DNA from: Escherichia coli
GTDB lineage: Bacteria > Pseudomonadota > Gammaproteobacteria > Enterobacterales > Enterobacteriaceae
Reading direction: 5' to 3' (one strand)
DNA: 64,000 bases
Assembly (NCBI RefSeq): GCF_003334255.1
Contig: NZ_QOWU01000014.1
Below the pieces are notes generated by a model. It was given only the letters and a program-made list of their open reading frames with translations, did no database searches and was not told the DNA's origin. The position numbers were made by a program, and so were the translations under genes. Each line of letters starts with the position of its first letter. The stretch's first letter is position 1. This document shows positions 62,464 through 64,000 of the stretch, in pieces.

Positions 62464-62984
62464 TCATTCATCGATGCACTTTATAGAATCATCAATGGCC
62501 ATAATAGTACTATTAACTCTCAATTTTATATTTTTATCATCACTACAAATATTAACTGAATTTATATCAATGATTTTTTTATTCTTATCTTTTATTTTAT
62601 TTACTGTTTCAATGCAATCAGCGGCAAGTTGGAGTGGATTTAGATTTTTCAGATATGGTCTTATGATCTTTCCCTTACTTAATAAATAGCATGTATAGGA
62701 TTCGGAAAGTCCAGCATCTATTTTGTACCTCATTATATTAGATAAGGATGTGAGAAATTCCTTGTTATCATTCGCAGCCATATATGCCAGTCCGAGTTCA
62801 GCCTCTGCGGCCTTACAGGCAAAATAGCTTAGTGAACACGCTTTTCGTCCCTCTTTAGTACTGGCTGATATTAGTGCCCATAATATTGCTTTGTCTGCCA
62901 AATCTAACTCTCTCTGAAATTGTCTTGCAGTAACTGCACTCGCAGAAATAGAGAAAAAAATACAATTGTTAATAATCTTGCCAT
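62464..62984 (-). CDS. Sel1-like repeat protein, putative Rhs-toxin immunity protein; in-frame ORF covers 62464..62901 only, upstream ATG (62982..62984) with signal peptide is out of frame across a T7 tract
   Basis: ORF track 62464..62901 starts at TTG; ATG 5 nt after the upstream CT ORF stop encodes MARLLTIVFF.. then frame is lost in homopolymer at 62954..62960; low GC. Confidence 0.45.
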
Positions 62985-62989
62985 ATTTT

Positions 62990-63600
62990 TTAGTCCGTAA
63001 CTGTTAATGTGCTATCTGGCTCTGAAAATATTAACTCATTTAATTTTTGCATGTCATTAGATAAACCAGTTATACAACCCTCGGAACAGAATCGAGGTCC
63101 TAAAGACGGACCAAAAGCGTTTAAACAACTATGTATTGAAAATCCATTGCGATTATAAGTTCCTGTATTAACTGACGGTACTAATCGTATGCCGTCAGGT
63201 TTTCTATTGCTTGCTCCCGGGTCATTAACATTCCAACTCCATAGGCCTTGAGGTATTGGCCATCTATTTATAAATGTGTACAACGGGGATTATTTTTACA
63301 TTGCATATTATTACCAGAAGCGACTGGAATACTAAGCACATCATAAAAATTATCATCACATGGTATATCTGAAACACACGAAAGCATACCTAAAGTTATG
63401 CTGTATAAACAGGTGGCTAATCCCAAGGGGATCGATTCCAGAAATCGGGTTCAACGGATACTGATAAAAATTCCACCTACCTTCCAGCCCAATCGGAGCC
63501 TGAGTGTTATACCGCCCCTGCTGCGGTTAATGTTACCGATAATAGTTATAGTACAGCCCTGATTCATCATCATACTACTGCTGCGGCAGTCTGATGAACT
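62990..63600 (-). pseudogene. degenerate orphan Rhs fragment: Rhs core C-terminal remnant (..[45 protein letters not shown]) plus C-terminal toxin-tip coding sequence split over three frames
   Basis: Manual translation of minus strand; ORF track shows only the 97 aa tail 62990..63283; stops and frame changes interrupt the core motif; no intact start. Confidence 0.55.
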
Positions 63601-63607
63601 ATTGCTT

Positions 63608-63982
63608 TTACGGATTCTCCTTATTCTTCCTTCTATCCATTCGCTTTAGCTTTTTGAGCTCTTGAAGTTTGCTCTTTGCATCAATATTACCGTTATTTAC
63701 AGCGAATTCCATCCAATAAATAGCTCTATTCAAATTATAATATTCTGATAATGTTGGATTTGTATCTGATAAAAAGACCCCATAATTAAACTGCGCTGTA
63801 ACATTCCCCTGAGATGCTGATCTTTCCAAGAATCGCAATTGTTTGTAAATGTTATTTTTAGTAAAGCAGTAATATTGATATAGTCGAAATGATGCCTCTG
63901 AATCACCATGTTGTGATTTATACTTCAGTTTCATCAACTTTTCTTCACTTAAATCATAGGTCATTGCTGTAGACCCCATCAT
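63608..63982 (-). CDS. Sel1-like repeat protein, putative immunity protein of the upstream Rhs toxin module
   Basis: 124 aa low-GC ORF with Sel1/TPR-like repeats (AQFNYGVFL..., AIYWMEFAVNNG); directly upstream of the Rhs core remnant. Confidence 0.5.
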   Translation of the reverse strand: MMGSTAMTYDLSEEKLMKLKYKSQHGDSEASFRLYQYYCFTKNNIYKQLRFLERSASQGNVTAQFNYGVFLSDTNPTLSEYYNLNRAIYWMEFAVNNGNIDAKSKLQELKKLKRMDRRKNKENP

Positions 63983-64000
63983 ACTTTCGTTTTGTTTTAT

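Noticed and set aside
63284-63600. Reading the Rhs remnant as an intact short gene
   Set aside because: Every frame is interrupted and there is no start codon in the frame carrying the conserved core motif; called a pseudogene. Homopolymer or base-call errors cannot be excluded from sequence alone.

Overview
This window is ordinary Escherichia coli chromosome, inverted relative to K-12 MG1655 numbering, running yicJ-yicI through recG-spoT-rpoZ-gmk, rph-pyrE, the LPS core (waa) locus, kbl-tdh, gpmM-secB-gpsA-cysE, lldPRD and mtlADR to yibI-yibH, then into the rhsA-linked orphan region. I found no novel multi-gene system: every ORF above about 150 aa is accounted for by a recognisable E. coli protein in conserved order, with no integrase, transposase, CRISPR array, tRNA or rRNA. 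About 60 protein genes are assigned from the ORF-track translations plus synteny; starts were trimmed to the first plausible Met where the track begins at an upstream alternative start. Two low-GC, strain-variable blocks stand out. (1) The waa locus has R3-type outer-core gene content (waaQ-waaG-waaP, GT8, waaY, GT8, GT4, then waaL), so the source is not K-12. (2) The last 2 kb (62.4-64.0 kb, minus strand) holds a degenerate orphan Rhs core-end remnant and toxin tip, flanked by two Sel1-like putative immunity genes, one apparently cut off from its signal peptide by a T7 tract. Known regulatory elements are visible: the ops/JUMPStart site before waaQ, a LexA box before dinD, a CRP-site array before mtlA, the pyrE attenuator, and REP/BIME clusters. 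All calls are from reading the sequence; no database search was run, and coordinates of features not anchored to the ORF track may be off by 1-2 nt.
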